A stretch of 64,000 nucleotides of DNA from an uncultured delta proteobacterium (lineage in GTDB: Bacteria; Desulfobacterota; Binatia; Binatales; Binataceae), in NCBI GenBank assembly GCA_963808235.1, contig CAWEEQ010000004.1, forward strand, positions 2,368,001 to 2,432,000. The letters run 5' to 3'. Positions 38,381 to 49,129 of the stretch are shown piece by piece. The notes under the pieces are model-generated. The model saw nothing but the letters and a program-made list of their open reading frames with translations, did not search any database and had not been told where the DNA came from. Each line of letters starts with the position of its first letter. The first letter of the stretch is position 1. Both the position numbers and the translations under genes were made by a program.

Positions 38381-39581
38381 TCAGATGACTCCCTCGCGCT
38401 TCAGATCGTCGAGCTGGCCGGCGCCGAGGCCGAGCAGCTCGCCGTAAACGTCGGCGTTATGCTGGCCGAGCAGAGGCGCCGAGGTTACCTCGACGGGCGA
38501 GTCCTCGAGGCGCACCGGACATCCGGGCATCGTGAAGTCGCCGCGCACCGGATGCTTGATCGTGACGATCATGCCGCGCTGCTTCATATGCGGATCGTTC
38601 AACAGCTCGACGCTGTCGAGCACGGCGCCGCAAGGGACTCCAGCTTCGCCTAGGATGCGCATCACTTCGAACTTGGTGTGGCGGCCGGTCCATTCGTTGA
38701 TGATCGCGGTCAGCGTGTCGACGTTCTGTGCGCGGCTTCGGCCCGCGTGGAAACGTTCGTCGCTCGCGAGTTCCGGCCGGCCCATCACGTTGCACAGGCT
38801 CTGGAACATGTCGGGCGAGGTGCAAAGGATGTAGCAGTAATCGTTGTCGCCGCCGGGCGCGCATTTGTAGATGTCGCCCGGACCACCGCCACCGACGCGA
38901 TTGCCGGTGCGCGGGCGTGGGCTTCTTAGTGACGTAGGTTCCCATCATGGGAACGCGCACGAAATTCAGCACCGCTTCCTGCATCGCGACTTCGACCTTC
39001 TGCCCCTTGCCGGTGCGCTCTCGCTGGATGTATGCGGCGAGCACGCCGACCGCCGCATGCATCCCGGTGCCGGTGTCGCCGATGGTCGGGCCGGGCTTGA
39101 GCGGCGGCGAGCCGGGAAATCCCGTCAGCGCCATCGCGCCGCCGCTTGCTTGAGCGATCATGTCGAAGCTCTTGTACTTGCTATACGGGCCGTGAGTGCC
39201 GAAGCCCTTGATGGTCAGATAGATCAGCCGCGGATTTATTTCGCGCAGCTTGTCGTAGCCGAGGCCGAGGCTCTCGAGCGTGCCGAGCGAAAAGTTTTCG
39301 CTGAGTATGTCGACCTGCTTCACGAGATCGAGGAACATCGCGCGGCCCTTGTCGCTCTTGAGGTTCAGCGTGATGCCGCGTTTGTTCGCATTGAGCAGGA
39401 TGAAGTAGTAGGAATCGACGCCCTGCTTTTCGGTCAATAGCCAGCGCCCCTGCTCGCCCATCTTTGGCGATTCGACCTTGATTACGTCGGCGCCGAGCCA
39501 CGCGAGCATCTCGGTGCACGAGGTGCCGGCTTCGAACTGAGTCATGTCGAGGACTTTCACACCGGCCAGCGCTTTTTCCAT
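38381..39581 (-). CDS. CaiB/BaiF (class III) CoA-transferase; apparent +1 frameshift near 38914
   Basis: [41 protein letters not shown], then APLLGQHN in the next frame. Confidence 0.88.
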
Positions 39582-39734
39582 TGCCGCCCTCCGCAAATTG
39601 CGCGCGCTAAAATATGAGCATGGTGACTGTCTGAACGCGCGCTTCGATCTTATGTAGCGCTCGCGACAGCGCGGGAGCAAGGATGGGGAAAGATGGGGTT
39701 AAGTCTTTCGCCGCGGTCTGGTACAAATCACATT

Positions 39735-40868
39735 GTGACCGATACTCCCGTATCCAAGATTGCGCGAATCCGCGAGGAACTGAACCGCATGTTCCTCGAG
39801 CGCGCCGATTTGATCGATGGCGCGATCGTCGCGATGCTGTCGGCGAATCACGTGCTCATAATCGGGCCGCCGGGAACGGCAAAGTCGATGCTCGCTGATG
39901 AGCTATGCGGCCGGATCGAAGGCGCCAACTATTTTCAGTGGCTGTTGACGAAGTTCAGCACGCCGGAGGAAATTTTCGGCGCGGTAAGTTTGAAGGGCCT
40001 CGAAGAAGACGACTATCGGCGCGTCACCGCACACAAGCTGCCGGAGGCGCATATCGCGTTTCTGGACGAAATCTTCAAGGCCAATTCATCGATCCTCAAC
40101 GCGCTGCTGACGATAATCAACGAGCGCGTTTTTCATAACGGACGCGCACGCGTCGCGGTGCCGCTCATCACGATGTTCGGCGCGTCGAACGAACTGCCCG
40201 ACGAGGACGAGCTGACCGCGCTCTACGACCGCTTCATGCTGCGCTTCATGGCGGATTACATCACCGAGGAACACGGCTTTATCCGAATGATGGCGGGCGG
40301 AGCGGAGCGGGCCCGGACGACGCTTACATTTGCGGAGCTGGAGGAACTGCGCGCGGTGACGGCGGCGGTGAAAGTTCCCGGGCCGATCCTGGAGTCGATC
40401 GCGCAGATAAGACGCGAACTCGCGCGCGAACAAATTATCGTTTCGGATCGGCGATGGAAAAATTCGCTCGGCGTGCTGCGCGCGCATGCGATCCTCGCGG
40501 GGCGGAGCGCGGTCACCGAAGACGACCTGATGTTTCTCGCGCACGTGCTCTGGAAGGATCCCGAAGAAAGGCCGAAAGTGAATGAGGCAATCCGCCGAAT
40601 CGTGCGCGGATACGAAGACAAGCTGCAGGAGCTGGTGTTCGAGAGCCGCGAGCTGCGCGAATATGCCGAAGGCTCGTGGGAGAGCGCGGAGCTGCGCCGG
40701 CGCGCATTGACCGAAGCCAACGCCAAGCTCGCCAACCTGGTAACGCGCTTCGACAGCCTGATGAAAGAAGCGTCCGACAGCGGACGCACGATTGCGAATG
40801 CGGATCGGATGCGAATTGAAGTGAAGGATATACAGCAGGCGCTGTTTCGCAGAAGCGTCGGCGACTGA
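39735..40868 (+). CDS. MoxR/RavA-like AAA+ ATPase
   Basis: GPPGTAKS, LLTKFSTPEEIFG, FLDEIFKANSSILNALL, GASNELP, ALYDRF, SDRRW. Confidence 0.88.
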   Translation: MTDTPVSKIARIREELNRMFLERADLIDGAIVAMLSANHVLIIGPPGTAKSMLADELCGRIEGANYFQWLLTKFSTPEEIFGAVSLKGLEEDDYRRVTAHKLPEAHIAFLDEIFKANSSILNALLTIINERVFHNGRARVAVPLITMFGASNELPDEDELTALYDRFMLRFMADYITEEHGFIRMMAGGAERARTTLTFAELEELRAVTAAVKVPGPILESIAQIRRELAREQIIVSDRRWKNSLGVLRAHAILAGRSAVTEDDLMFLAHVLWKDPEERPKVNEAIRRIVRGYEDKLQELVFESRELREYAEGSWESAELRRRALTEANAKLANLVTRFDSLMKEASDSGRTIANADRMRIEVKDIQQALFRRSVGD

Positions 40869-40872
40869 AAAA

Positions 40873-41652
40873 ATGCCGGCCGAAGAATCCACGCCCGCAA
40901 TTGTGCTCCGCGCACGCGACTACGCCGAGTCGGATCGAATCGTCACGCTGCTGACGCGCAACGCCGGCAAAGTGAGCGGAATCGCGAAGGGCGCGAAAGC
41001 GTCCCGGCATCGCTTCGAGCGCAAACTCGAACCGTTTTCGCACGTGGTGCTCCATTTTCGCAGACGCCCGCATGGACAACTGGTATTCATCACGCGCGCC
41101 GAGGCGGCCGATCTCGCGCAACACGTCCTCGACGACGACCTCGCCAAAATTGCGCTCGGCAGCTACATGCTCGAACTCACCGACGCGCTGACCACCGAGG
41201 AGAGCGAAGCGGCGGAGGCATATCGGGTGCTGTCGGAGGGCCTCGGCACGCTCGCGAGCGGAACCGCGGACTCGGCGCTCCGCCAGGCGTTCGAGATGCG
41301 TCTGCTCGGATGGGCGGGATTCGGACTCGAGTTCGGGCGATGCCGATTATGCGCGACGATCAGTTCCAACGATACCGCGCCGGTCTATTTCGTGATCTCG
41401 CGCGGCGGCGTGGTGTGCGCGCGATGCCGGCCGGCGGTCGCGGAAGGCGCAATCAAGCTGGCGGCGCGCAGCGCGGCGATCCTCGCGCGCTTGAGCGCTC
41501 TCCCTATGAACGATTCGCCCGGCTCGGAATCCGCGGGCCCGGACGGAGCACTCGCACTCGCGCGGTTTATCGGATCGATTGTCGATCGGAGACTTCGAAG
41601 CGCGGAATTTCTCGATTCGATATTGCCCGGCGCGGGCAAGGCGTCGATCTAG
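40873..41652 (+). CDS. recO: DNA repair protein RecO
   Basis: AIVLRARDYAESDRIVTLLT...GKVSGIAKGA; CxxC...CxxC zinc finger. Confidence 0.92.
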   Translation: MPAEESTPAIVLRARDYAESDRIVTLLTRNAGKVSGIAKGAKASRHRFERKLEPFSHVVLHFRRRPHGQLVFITRAEAADLAQHVLDDDLAKIALGSYMLELTDALTTEESEAAEAYRVLSEGLGTLASGTADSALRQAFEMRLLGWAGFGLEFGRCRLCATISSNDTAPVYFVISRGGVVCARCRPAVAEGAIKLAARSAAILARLSALPMNDSPGSESAGPDGALALARFIGSIVDRRLRSAEFLDSILPGAGKASI

Positions 41653-42251
41653 CCGCCCGATTCGTCGGCGGGCGCCTCATCGTAGTCAACTTGAGGCTCG
41701 CGGTAGCTGCCGCTTACGTGCTCGATCACAACGATTCCGCAGTTCGGTGGAACGTGGGCGTTCTCCCATTTTCCGGTGACGTGCGCCCACACCGAGCGCA
41801 TCACGCCGCCGTGACTGACTATTACAATTTCTTTGTCGGAATGTTTTTTCGCGACTCGATCAAGCACCGGCGCCACGCGCCTTAGCACGTCCTCATGGCT
41901 TTCGCCCCCCGGTGGACGCCATGTCCATGAGCGCTTCGGGTCGAAAGTAGGATCGCTCGCGACCGACTCGTAGGGCTGGCCCGCGAGGTCGCCAAGACTC
42001 ATCTCTCGAAACTCGGCTTCGTATTCGATCGGGATACCGAGTTCTTCTGCGATGATGCGGCCGGTCTCGCGCGCGCGTGCGAAGGTACTCGCGATTACCA
42101 GCGTCGGCTTGAATTTGAGCTTGATCTTGATCGCTGCCTCGCGCGCCTGCCGCCGCCCCAAGTCGGTTATCTTTGCCTCGCCGGAAGTGGTGAAGCGGCG
42201 AATCGCGTTGCCTTCGCTCTCGCCGTGCCGAACCATTATCAACTTACCCAT
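41649..42251 (-). CDS. Histidine phosphatase family protein
   Basis: MVRHGES, RARET, GGES, VSHGG. Confidence 0.9.
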   Translation of the reverse strand: MGKLIMVRHGESEGNAIRRFTTSGEAKITDLGRRQAREAAIKIKLKFKPTLVIASTFARARETGRIIAEELGIPIEYEAEFREMSLGDLAGQPYESVASDPTFDPKRSWTWRPPGGESHEDVLRRVAPVLDRVAKKHSDKEIVIVSHGGVMRSVWAHVTGKWENAHVPPNCGIVVIEHVSGSYREPQVDYDEAPADESGG

Positions 42252-42309
42252 ATGATCGAAATTCTCTCTCAGAAGTAAATTTCGCGCCACCGCGAGTCTT
42301 GGCGAGCGA

Positions 42310-43089
42310 TCACGTTTTGGGCTTGTCTTCCGCGGCGGCGACGGTTTTCGCAAAAGCGCGGAACGGCTCGAACAGATCGATCGGCATCGGGAAAACGGTG
42401 GTGGAATTGTTCTCGGTCGCGATCTCCTTGAGCGTCTGCAGATAGCGGAGCTGCAGCGTGATCGGGCTCTTGCTCATGATTTCGGCGGCGTCGGCGAGCC
42501 GCTGCGAGGCCTGGAACTCACCCTCCGCCGCGATCACTTTGGCGCGCCGCTCGCGCTCGGCCTCGGCCTGCGCGGCGATCGCGCGCTGCATGTCCTGCGG
42601 CAGATCGATATTTTTGAGCTCGACCAGCGTGACCTTGACGCCCCACGGCTCGGTTTGCGCATCGACGACTTCCTGGATGCGCGCGTTGAGCTTGTCGCGC
42701 TGGCTCAGCAGCTCGTCGAGCTCCGTCTGCCCGCCAACCGAGCGCAGCGTGGTTTGCGCGAGTTGCATCGTGGCAAAGAGATAATTCGCGACCTCCGTGA
42801 CCGCGCGCGACGGATCGACGACGCGGAAATAGAGCACCGCGCTGACCTTCACCGTCACATTGTCCTTGGTGATCACGTCTTGCGGGGGAATGTCGAGCGT
42901 GACGGTGCGCAAATCGATCCGCACCATGCGCTCGAGCAGGGGAATCACGAAAATCACGCCCGGCCCGCGATACGGCGTCAGCCGCCCAAGCCGGAAGACC
43001 ACGCCGCGTTCATATTCGTTGAGGACTTTGAGGCCGCTCAGAATGAAAATTACGGCAATAAAAACGACTGCGCCGACTCCGCTCGCCAT
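42310..43089 (-). CDS. Stomatin-like SPFH (slipin) protein
   Basis: [50 protein letters not shown]. Confidence 0.93.
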   Translation of the reverse strand: MASGVGAVVFIAVIFILSGLKVLNEYERGVVFRLGRLTPYRGPGVIFVIPLLERMVRIDLRTVTLDIPPQDVITKDNVTVKVSAVLYFRVVDPSRAVTEVANYLFATMQLAQTTLRSVGGQTELDELLSQRDKLNARIQEVVDAQTEPWGVKVTLVELKNIDLPQDMQRAIAAQAEAERERRAKVIAAEGEFQASQRLADAAEIMSKSPITLQLRYLQTLKEIATENNSTTVFPMPIDLFEPFRAFAKTVAAAEDKPKT

Positions 43090-43167
43090 CGCGAATTCTC
43101 CTTTGTGCCCAACGCGCGAGTTTTTTAGCGCATCGTGGGCTCGCGGTCGCTCAAGGTTACGTTACAT

Positions 43168-44500
43168 CTACGCTATCTTCTGGACCTGAATTTCCAGGCC
43201 GTTAACAGCCTTGACCCGAGCGCGAGCGCCCGCGCCGAGTGCGTCGGAACTGCTCGCACGCCAAATCTCGCCGTGAACGAAAACTTTGCCGGGCGCGCCG
43301 GGAGCGATCGCCTCGCGCACTTCGCCAACTTCGCCGACCAGGCCCTCAGCGCCGGTCGTCGATCGATGACGACGCTCACGCGCGACGATGAATCCGATCC
43401 CGAGAATGATCACCGTCAACGCGGCCGCGGCGCCGTAGACAATATTGCGATTTACGGCCAGGTCGGTCTTCGAGGTGTCGATCAAAAATAGCGAACCGAT
43501 CACGAACGCAGAAACGCCACCCAGGCCGAGGATTCCGTAGCTGGTGACGAAGGCCTCGGAGATCAGCAGTCCGACGCCAAGGAAGATCAGCAGCAGCCCG
43601 GTGAGATTAACCGGCAGCACCTGAAAGGACACCAGAGCCAGCAGCAGGCAGATCGCGCCAGCGACGCCCGGAAAGATAACCCCCGGATGCGCGAACTCGA
43701 AGTAGAGTCCGATCAAGCCCGCCATCAGGAGCAGGTAGACGATGTTAGGATCGGCCAGCGTGTTGAGGAGTTGCTGGCCTGGAGTCATTCGCGCGCGGCG
43801 CACGACTGCGTCGGCAAGCGCGAGCGTCACCGTTGTGCCACCGACCTGCGCTTTGCGGCCCTGAGGCCTGGGTCAGCAGATTGCGCAAGTCCGGCGCAAC
43901 GATGTCGACGACATTTTTCGCCAGCGCCTCACGCTCGCCGATCGCGACGCTGTGGCGGACGGCCTGCTCGATCCAATCCTCGTTGCGCCCGCGCTGCTGC
44001 GCGATCGTACGCGCGAAGGTCGCGGTGAAATTTTCGATTTTCTGCCCCATCGGACCCTTGATATCCTCGCCGCCCTCCTCGACCGGATGCGCGGCGCCGA
44101 TAGTGGTTCCAGGAGCCATCGCGGCGACATTGGCGGCCTCGGTGATAAAGGTCCCGGCACTCGCGGCGCTCGCACCCGACGGCGCGACGTACACGATAAC
44201 CGGGACCGGCGCGGCGAGGAGATCCTTGACGATCTTTTCCGCGGAGCTGAGCAGTCCGCCCGGCGTGTCGAGCTCGATCACCAGCGCGCTCGCGCCTTCA
44301 GCTTTTGCCGACGCAAGAGAATCTTCGATGTACGACGCGACCGCTGGATTGATTGAGCCGTCGATAGTGATCAACTGAACCCATGGCGGTGCCGACGCCA
44401 GTTTCGCGGCAGCATCGGCGGAATATGATCGCGCGGATACGACGAGCGCGAACGCGCCTGCGACTCCCGCGAGGGCGAGCCATTTGGCCCGTGCGCTCAC
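43168..44500 (-). CDS. nfeD: NfeD membrane-bound serine protease (long form); apparent +1 frameshift near 43860
   Basis: LDTPGG, AASAG, MAPGTTIGAAHPV, TM region and C-terminal OB domain (GKVFVHGEIWRA); upstream of the slipin gene. Confidence 0.88.
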
Positions 44501-45294
44501 GACGGAGAACCGCCGCGGCGCGGAATCGGCATCTCGAGAAATCGCATCACTTCTTGAATATCTGCCCAAACCAGGCGCTTGTCGCCGGGATTGCGGAGCA
44601 GATACGCGGGGTGAAAAGTCGGCATAAATCGAATCCCGCGGAAATCCTGCCACTGACCGCGCATCTTGCTGATCGGCGTTTTCACCTTCAGGACCGCCTG
44701 CACCGCAAACGTGCCGAGACCGACGATCGCGCGCGGCCGTACGATTTCAATCTGGCGAAAAAGAAACGGTTCACAAGACGCGACTTCATCGGGCTCGGGA
44801 TTTCGATTCTCGGGCGGCCGGCATTTGATCACGTTGCAGATATAAACGTCGCTGCGCCGGATTCCCATGCCGCGCTCGATTATATCGGTCAGCAACTGGC
44901 CGGCGCGGCCGACAAACGGCTCGCCGCGCGCGTCTTCGTCGGCGCCGGGCGCCTCGCCCACGAACATCAACTGCGCGTTGGGATCGCCGACGCCGAAAAC
45001 CAGGTTGGTTCGCCGCGGCGCGAGCTTGCATCGAGTGCATTCACCGATAAACTCGCGCAGATTTTCCAGTGTGGAAGTAGCTTCGAGGCCGGGATACTTC
45101 GAAAACAGTTCGACCGATTTCGGCACGCCTGCATTCTTGACGGCCGCAGAAGCGGATGCGGCAGTACGTACGGCTTGTGCGGATGAAGCGGCGGCGGGCA
45201 GACCTTCCATCCCTTCTTCGCGCAATTGCTCGACGTAATCGCGCAAGGTAGCGATCAAGGTCTGTCGATCCGGGGGCGACGATGGAGCGTTCAT
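44497..45294 (-). CDS. Uracil-DNA glycosylase family 4
   Basis: [43 protein letters not shown]. Confidence 0.93.
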   Translation of the reverse strand: MNAPSSPPDRQTLIATLRDYVEQLREEGMEGLPAAASSAQAVRTAASASAAVKNAGVPKSVELFSKYPGLEATSTLENLREFIGECTRCKLAPRRTNLVFGVGDPNAQLMFVGEAPGADEDARGEPFVGRAGQLLTDIIERGMGIRRSDVYICNVIKCRPPENRNPEPDEVASCEPFLFRQIEIVRPRAIVGLGTFAVQAVLKVKTPISKMRGQWQDFRGIRFMPTFHPAYLLRNPGDKRLVWADIQEVMRFLEMPIPRRGGSPS

Positions 45295-45369
45295 AAGGTC
45301 GCGATGCACACTATGCAGGCGACGTTATAACGCCGGATCACCTCCTTCAAGCAGGCGTATTTTCTTCGG

Positions 45370-45597
45370 TCACAGCCCCAGCATCTTTCTCAACTTAACG
45401 GCGCTGAAGCCAAGCATCGTTTCGTTGCCGACGCGGATTACGGGAACGGCGCGGAATCCCATGGCCACCAGTTCATCGCGAGCGGACGGATCGCTCGCGA
45501 GGCTCTTTTCGACGAAGCTCACGTTGTGCGCGGTGAGAAAATCCTTCGCCTGATGACACGCGCTGCATCCCGTGTTCGTGTAAATGATCACTTCCAT
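45370..45597 (-). CDS. Glutaredoxin (NrdH/YruB-like)
   Basis: YTNTGCSACHQAK, AVP, GF; RBS AAGGAG. Confidence 0.85.
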   Translation of the reverse strand: MEVIIYTNTGCSACHQAKDFLTAHNVSFVEKSLASDPSARDELVAMGFRAVPVIRVGNETMLGFSAVKLRKMLGL

Positions 45598-45979
45598 CGT
45601 GAGTCTCCTTCGAATTGACGCATTGCGAGCACGCGCATCCGCCGCAATCCTCGATCATTTTACCGAGCGTGCGGCGGAGCCTCTGCAGGCGGCGAATCTC
45701 GTCGTTCATTCCGGCCAGCTTCGCTTGCGCCTTGAGCGTCACCGCTCCGCATTCCGTCGTTGACTTCACCCCGAGTGAGAGCAGCTCCTTGATTTCGCGG
45801 AGCGTGAAGCCAAGCGCCTTCGCATCCGCGATGAAACGTAGGCGCTCCAGCACGTCGACAGTGTAGATGCGGTACCCGGAAAAGTTTCGCCGCGGCCGTG
45901 CGATAAGTCCGTGCCGCTCGTAAAAGCGGATCGCATCGACGCTCACCTTAGCCGCGTTCGCAACCAGACCGATCCTCAT
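45473..45979 (-). CDS. MerR family heavy-metal-responsive regulator
   Basis: MRIGLVA...IRFYERHGL...SGYRIY...LGFTLREI; Cys at the dimer-helix start and a CGGCACSQC loop; 3' end overlaps the glutaredoxin gene. Confidence 0.88.
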   Translation of the reverse strand: MRIGLVANAAKVSVDAIRFYERHGLIARPRRNFSGYRIYTVDVLERLRFIADAKALGFTLREIKELLSLGVKSTTECGAVTLKAQAKLAGMNDEIRRLQRLRRTLGKMIEDCGGCACSQCVNSKETHDGSDHLHEHGMQRVSSGEGFSHRAQRELRRKEPRERSVRSR

Positions 45980-45988
45980 CTCTGCCTC

Positions 45989-46020
45989 ACGATAGACCCT
46001 TGACCACGGTCCAGAGTCAA
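45989..46020 (-). promoter_or_regulatory. MerR-type long-spacer promoter with dyad operator
   Basis: TTGACT, 20 nt, TATCGT, with dyad ACTCTGGACC-GT-GGTCAAGGGT; closely resembles the ZntR-controlled zntA promoter. Confidence 0.8.
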
Positions 46021-46030
46021 GCAGGGTTGG

Positions 46031-47293
46031 CTACCTGACGCTGCGCAGCCGAACTGATTTCGTGGACGACTTCGCCTTGGCGCCGCGCGGTGCGAGGGAC
46101 TGCCGGAGCGCGACGATTCGATCGAGGATCACGTCGGCGACCGCGTCCTTGGACATCTGCGGATGACGGCGCGCATCGCCGTCGGCGCCAATGAGCGTCA
46201 CGATGTTCGTATCGACGGCGAACCCCGCGCCGGGTTCCGTGACGTCGTTGGCGACGATCAGATCGAGGCCTTTGCGCTTCAACTTGCCACGCGCGTTCGC
46301 TTCGAGCTGGTCGGTCTCGGCCGCGAACCCAATCATCAGGCGCGAGCCCTTTTTCGCCGCAAGGCGCGGCATCTCGTCAGCAATCGGCTCCATCGCGAGT
46401 TGAAGTCCTCGCGCGTCTTTTTTTATTTTGCCTCGTGCCGGATTTGCCGGACGGAAGTCGGCAACCGCCGCGGCCATCACAAGCGTCGTGCACCACGGAA
46501 AATTTGACGAGGTCGCATCGAGCATCTCAGACGCGCTCACAGTGTCGATCCTGTCGATCCCGTGAGGCGTCGCGAGCGATGCTGGACCGGCGACCAGCTT
46601 CACACTGGCGCCGCGACGCCACGCCGCACGCGCAATTGCGAACCCCATCTTTCCCGACGATCGGTTCGAGACGAACCGCACCGGATCGATCGGCTCCTGG
46701 GTAGGACCTGCGGTAACTAGAATATTTTCGGAAGCGAGGTCCTGCGCGGCGAGCATTCGTTCGATCTCTGCGAGGATGATCGCGGGATCGGGCAGGCGCC
46801 CCATCCCCTCGTAACCGCACGCGAGCGCGCCCTCGGCGGGATCGATAATCGTCACACCACGCGAGCGCAGTCTCGCCAGATTCTCGGTGACCGTCGGATG
46901 CTCGTACATGTGCACATTCATCGCCGGTGCAAACGCGACTTTCGCGCGCGTCGCCAGCAGCACGGTGGTCAAGATGTCGTCAGCGATACCGACGCTCGCT
47001 TTCGCGATCACGTCGGCGGTGGCCGGAGCAATCACGATCGCGTCGGCGCTGTCGGCGAGTCGGATATGTCCAATCTCGGATTCCTGGGTGAGCGAGAAAG
47101 TGTCGGTCGCGACCGGATTCGAGCTGAGCGTCTGCAGCGTGAGCGGCGAGATAAACTCGGTCGCGTTGCGCGTCATCATCACCTTGACGATGGCGCCGCT
47201 GGTGACGAGCAGGCGGACCAACTCGGCGGCTTTGTACGCCGCGATTCCGCCGCTCACGCCGAGCACAATCGTTTTGCCGGTCAATACACTCAT
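46031..47293 (-). CDS. coaBC: Phosphopantothenoylcysteine decarboxylase/ligase
   Basis: GGIAAYKA, APATAD, PAMN, LACG, TAGPTQEPIDPVRFVSNRSSGKMG, AAVADF, GFAAET. Confidence 0.96.
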   Translation of the reverse strand: MSVLTGKTIVLGVSGGIAAYKAAELVRLLVTSGAIVKVMMTRNATEFISPLTLQTLSSNPVATDTFSLTQESEIGHIRLADSADAIVIAPATADVIAKASVGIADDILTTVLLATRAKVAFAPAMNVHMYEHPTVTENLARLRSRGVTIIDPAEGALACGYEGMGRLPDPAIILAEIERMLAAQDLASENILVTAGPTQEPIDPVRFVSNRSSGKMGFAIARAAWRRGASVKLVAGPASLATPHGIDRIDTVSASEMLDATSSNFPWCTTLVMAAAVADFRPANPARGKIKKDARGLQLAMEPIADEMPRLAAKKGSRLMIGFAAETDQLEANARGKLKRKGLDLIVANDVTEPGAGFAVDTNIVTLIGADGDARRHPQMSKDAVADVILDRIVALRQSLAPRGAKAKSSTKSVRLRSVR

Positions 47294-47347
47294 CGCGGAA
47301 CAATTCTACGCGGTTCAACGCACGCATTGAACCAAGGGGTTTGCAGG

Positions 47348-48667
47348 CTAGTCGTAGTACTCGAGGCCGAGATGGGTGATCAGATCCTCGCCGCGCATCC
47401 AGCGCAGTGTGTTCTTGAGCTTCATGAGCTGGATGAAAATGTCGTGCTCCGGATAAACCTTCGCCGCATGCATCGGCGCTTTGAAGTAGAACGACAGCCA
47501 TTCCTGGATTCCGCGCATTCCCGCGCGATGCGCCAAATCAAGAAACAGCACCAGGTCGAGCACCAGGGGTGCTGCCAGGATCGAGTCGCGGCAGAGGAAG
47601 TTTATTTTGATCTGCATCGGATAGCCGAGCCATCCGAAGATATCGATATTGTCCCAACCCTCCTTCGAGTCGCCGCGCGGTGGGTAGTAGTCGATACGCA
47701 CCTTATGAAAGAGATCGCCGTAAAGCTGCGGATACATTTCCGGCTGAAGAATTTGATCGAGTACCGAGAGCTTGGTCTCTTCTTTGGATCTGAACGAGCC
47801 CGGATCGTCGAGCACTTCGCCGTCGCGATTGCCCAGGATGTTAGTCGAGAACCATCCCGACATTCCGAGCATCCGCGCTTTCAGTCCTGGCGCGATCATC
47901 GTTTTCATGAACGTCTGCCCGGTCTTGAAGTCCTTGCCGCAGATGGGGATATGAACTTCGCGGGCCAGCTCGAGCAGCGCCGGCGTGTCGGTGGTGAGAT
48001 TCGGCGCTCCGTTCGCGTATGGGATTCCGCTTTTCAGCGCGGCGTATGCATAAATCTGGCTGGGCGCGATCTCGGGATCGTTGTTCGCGAGCCCGGCCTC
48101 GAACTTCCTGAGACTCTCATGAACCTCCGACGGGCGATGGAACACCTCGGTCGATCCGCACCAGATCATCACCGTCCGCGCGACTCCGGTGCGACTCTGG
48201 AAATTCCGGATGTCCTCCATCAGCATCTGCGCCTTGTCCATCTTGGTGCGCGCTTCCTTCACGTTGGGGCCGTGAATCCGCCGCACGTACTCATTGTCGA
48301 ACACGGCTTCCATCGGCTGGAGTTTTTCCAGAGGCTCGCGCACCCGCTCCAGGAGCGCAGGATCGAGCACCGCGGCCTTGCGCGCGGCTTGATACGCATT
48401 GTCTTCGAAGATATCCCAGCCGCCGAATTCGAGGTCGGACAGACTAGCGAGCGGAACGAAGTCCTTGATCAGCGGCGCGCGCCCGTCGGTCCGTTTACCA
48501 AGACGCACGGTGGCAAGCTGGGTCAACGACCCGATTGGAACGCCGAGCCCGCGCTTCACCGCCTCGACACCGGCCATGAAGGTGGTGCTGACGGCGCCGA
48601 TTCCCGGCAGCAAAACGCCGAGCTTGCCCTCCGCCGGCGCTATTCGGACGGGATCCTTTATTGCCAA
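47348..48667 (-). CDS. ino1: myo-Inositol-1-phosphate synthase
   Basis: GIGAVST, WCGSTE, NGAPN, GKDFKTGQT, NILGNRDG, CRDSILAAPLVLDL; RBS AGGAG. Confidence 0.93.
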   Translation of the reverse strand: MAIKDPVRIAPAEGKLGVLLPGIGAVSTTFMAGVEAVKRGLGVPIGSLTQLATVRLGKRTDGRAPLIKDFVPLASLSDLEFGGWDIFEDNAYQAARKAAVLDPALLERVREPLEKLQPMEAVFDNEYVRRIHGPNVKEARTKMDKAQMLMEDIRNFQSRTGVARTVMIWCGSTEVFHRPSEVHESLRKFEAGLANNDPEIAPSQIYAYAALKSGIPYANGAPNLTTDTPALLELAREVHIPICGKDFKTGQTFMKTMIAPGLKARMLGMSGWFSTNILGNRDGEVLDDPGSFRSKEETKLSVLDQILQPEMYPQLYGDLFHKVRIDYYPPRGDSKEGWDNIDIFGWLGYPMQIKINFLCRDSILAAPLVLDLVLFLDLAHRAGMRGIQEWLSFYFKAPMHAAKVYPEHDIFIQLMKLKNTLRWMRGEDLITHLGLEYYD

Positions 48668-48698
48668 ACTGAAGCTCCTGTTGGCGACGCCGTCGTCA

Positions 48699-49031
48699 TC
48701 ATTTTCGAAATCGCGACGGATAATCAGCGCCGAAGGTTTGTTCGGGATGGAGCACTTTCGCGCGTGCGATCAGGACCTCTTCGGTCTCGGGTATATTCGG
48801 ATCGGGGATGCAACAATCGACGGGACAGACCGCGGCGCACTGCTCCTGATCGAAGAAGCCCACGCATTCGGTGCACTTGTCGGGGGCTATATAGTAGATG
48901 TCCTGCTTGATCGCCGGCGTAGTCGCGCCGTTCAGCTCCCACGGCGCCCCGCCTTCGTAGATCGCGGTGTTCGGGCATTCGGGCTCGCAGGCGCCGCAAT
49001 TGATGCATTCCTCTGTAATCAACGTGGACAT
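48699..49031 (-). CDS. YfhL-type 2x[4Fe-4S] ferredoxin
   Basis: CINCGACEPECP and CTECVG...CAAVCPVDC. Confidence 0.92.
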   Translation of the reverse strand: MSTLITEECINCGACEPECPNTAIYEGGAPWELNGATTPAIKQDIYYIAPDKCTECVGFFDQEQCAAVCPVDCCIPDPNIPETEEVLIARAKVLHPEQTFGADYPSRFRK

Positions 49032-49129
49032 TTTCTTGAGCTCCGGAACAGGTCTGTCTTGACGGATCGGTAGCCGATCAAACGGCAACAATATCGGCGC
49101 GCATCAAGCCGGGCAAGCATGTCGACCGA

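Noticed and set aside
42310-44500. nfeD-stomatin pair as a novel hopanoid-microdomain system
   Set aside because: A widespread, well-known gene pair located 30 kb from the hpn genes, with no evidence of linkage
46898-48910. Long opposite-strand ORFs (670 aa here; also 1508-2656, 6181-7374, 61791-62894 and others)
   Set aside because: Antisense shadows of high-GC genes; Arg-rich or motif-free, and the other strand has clear family signatures
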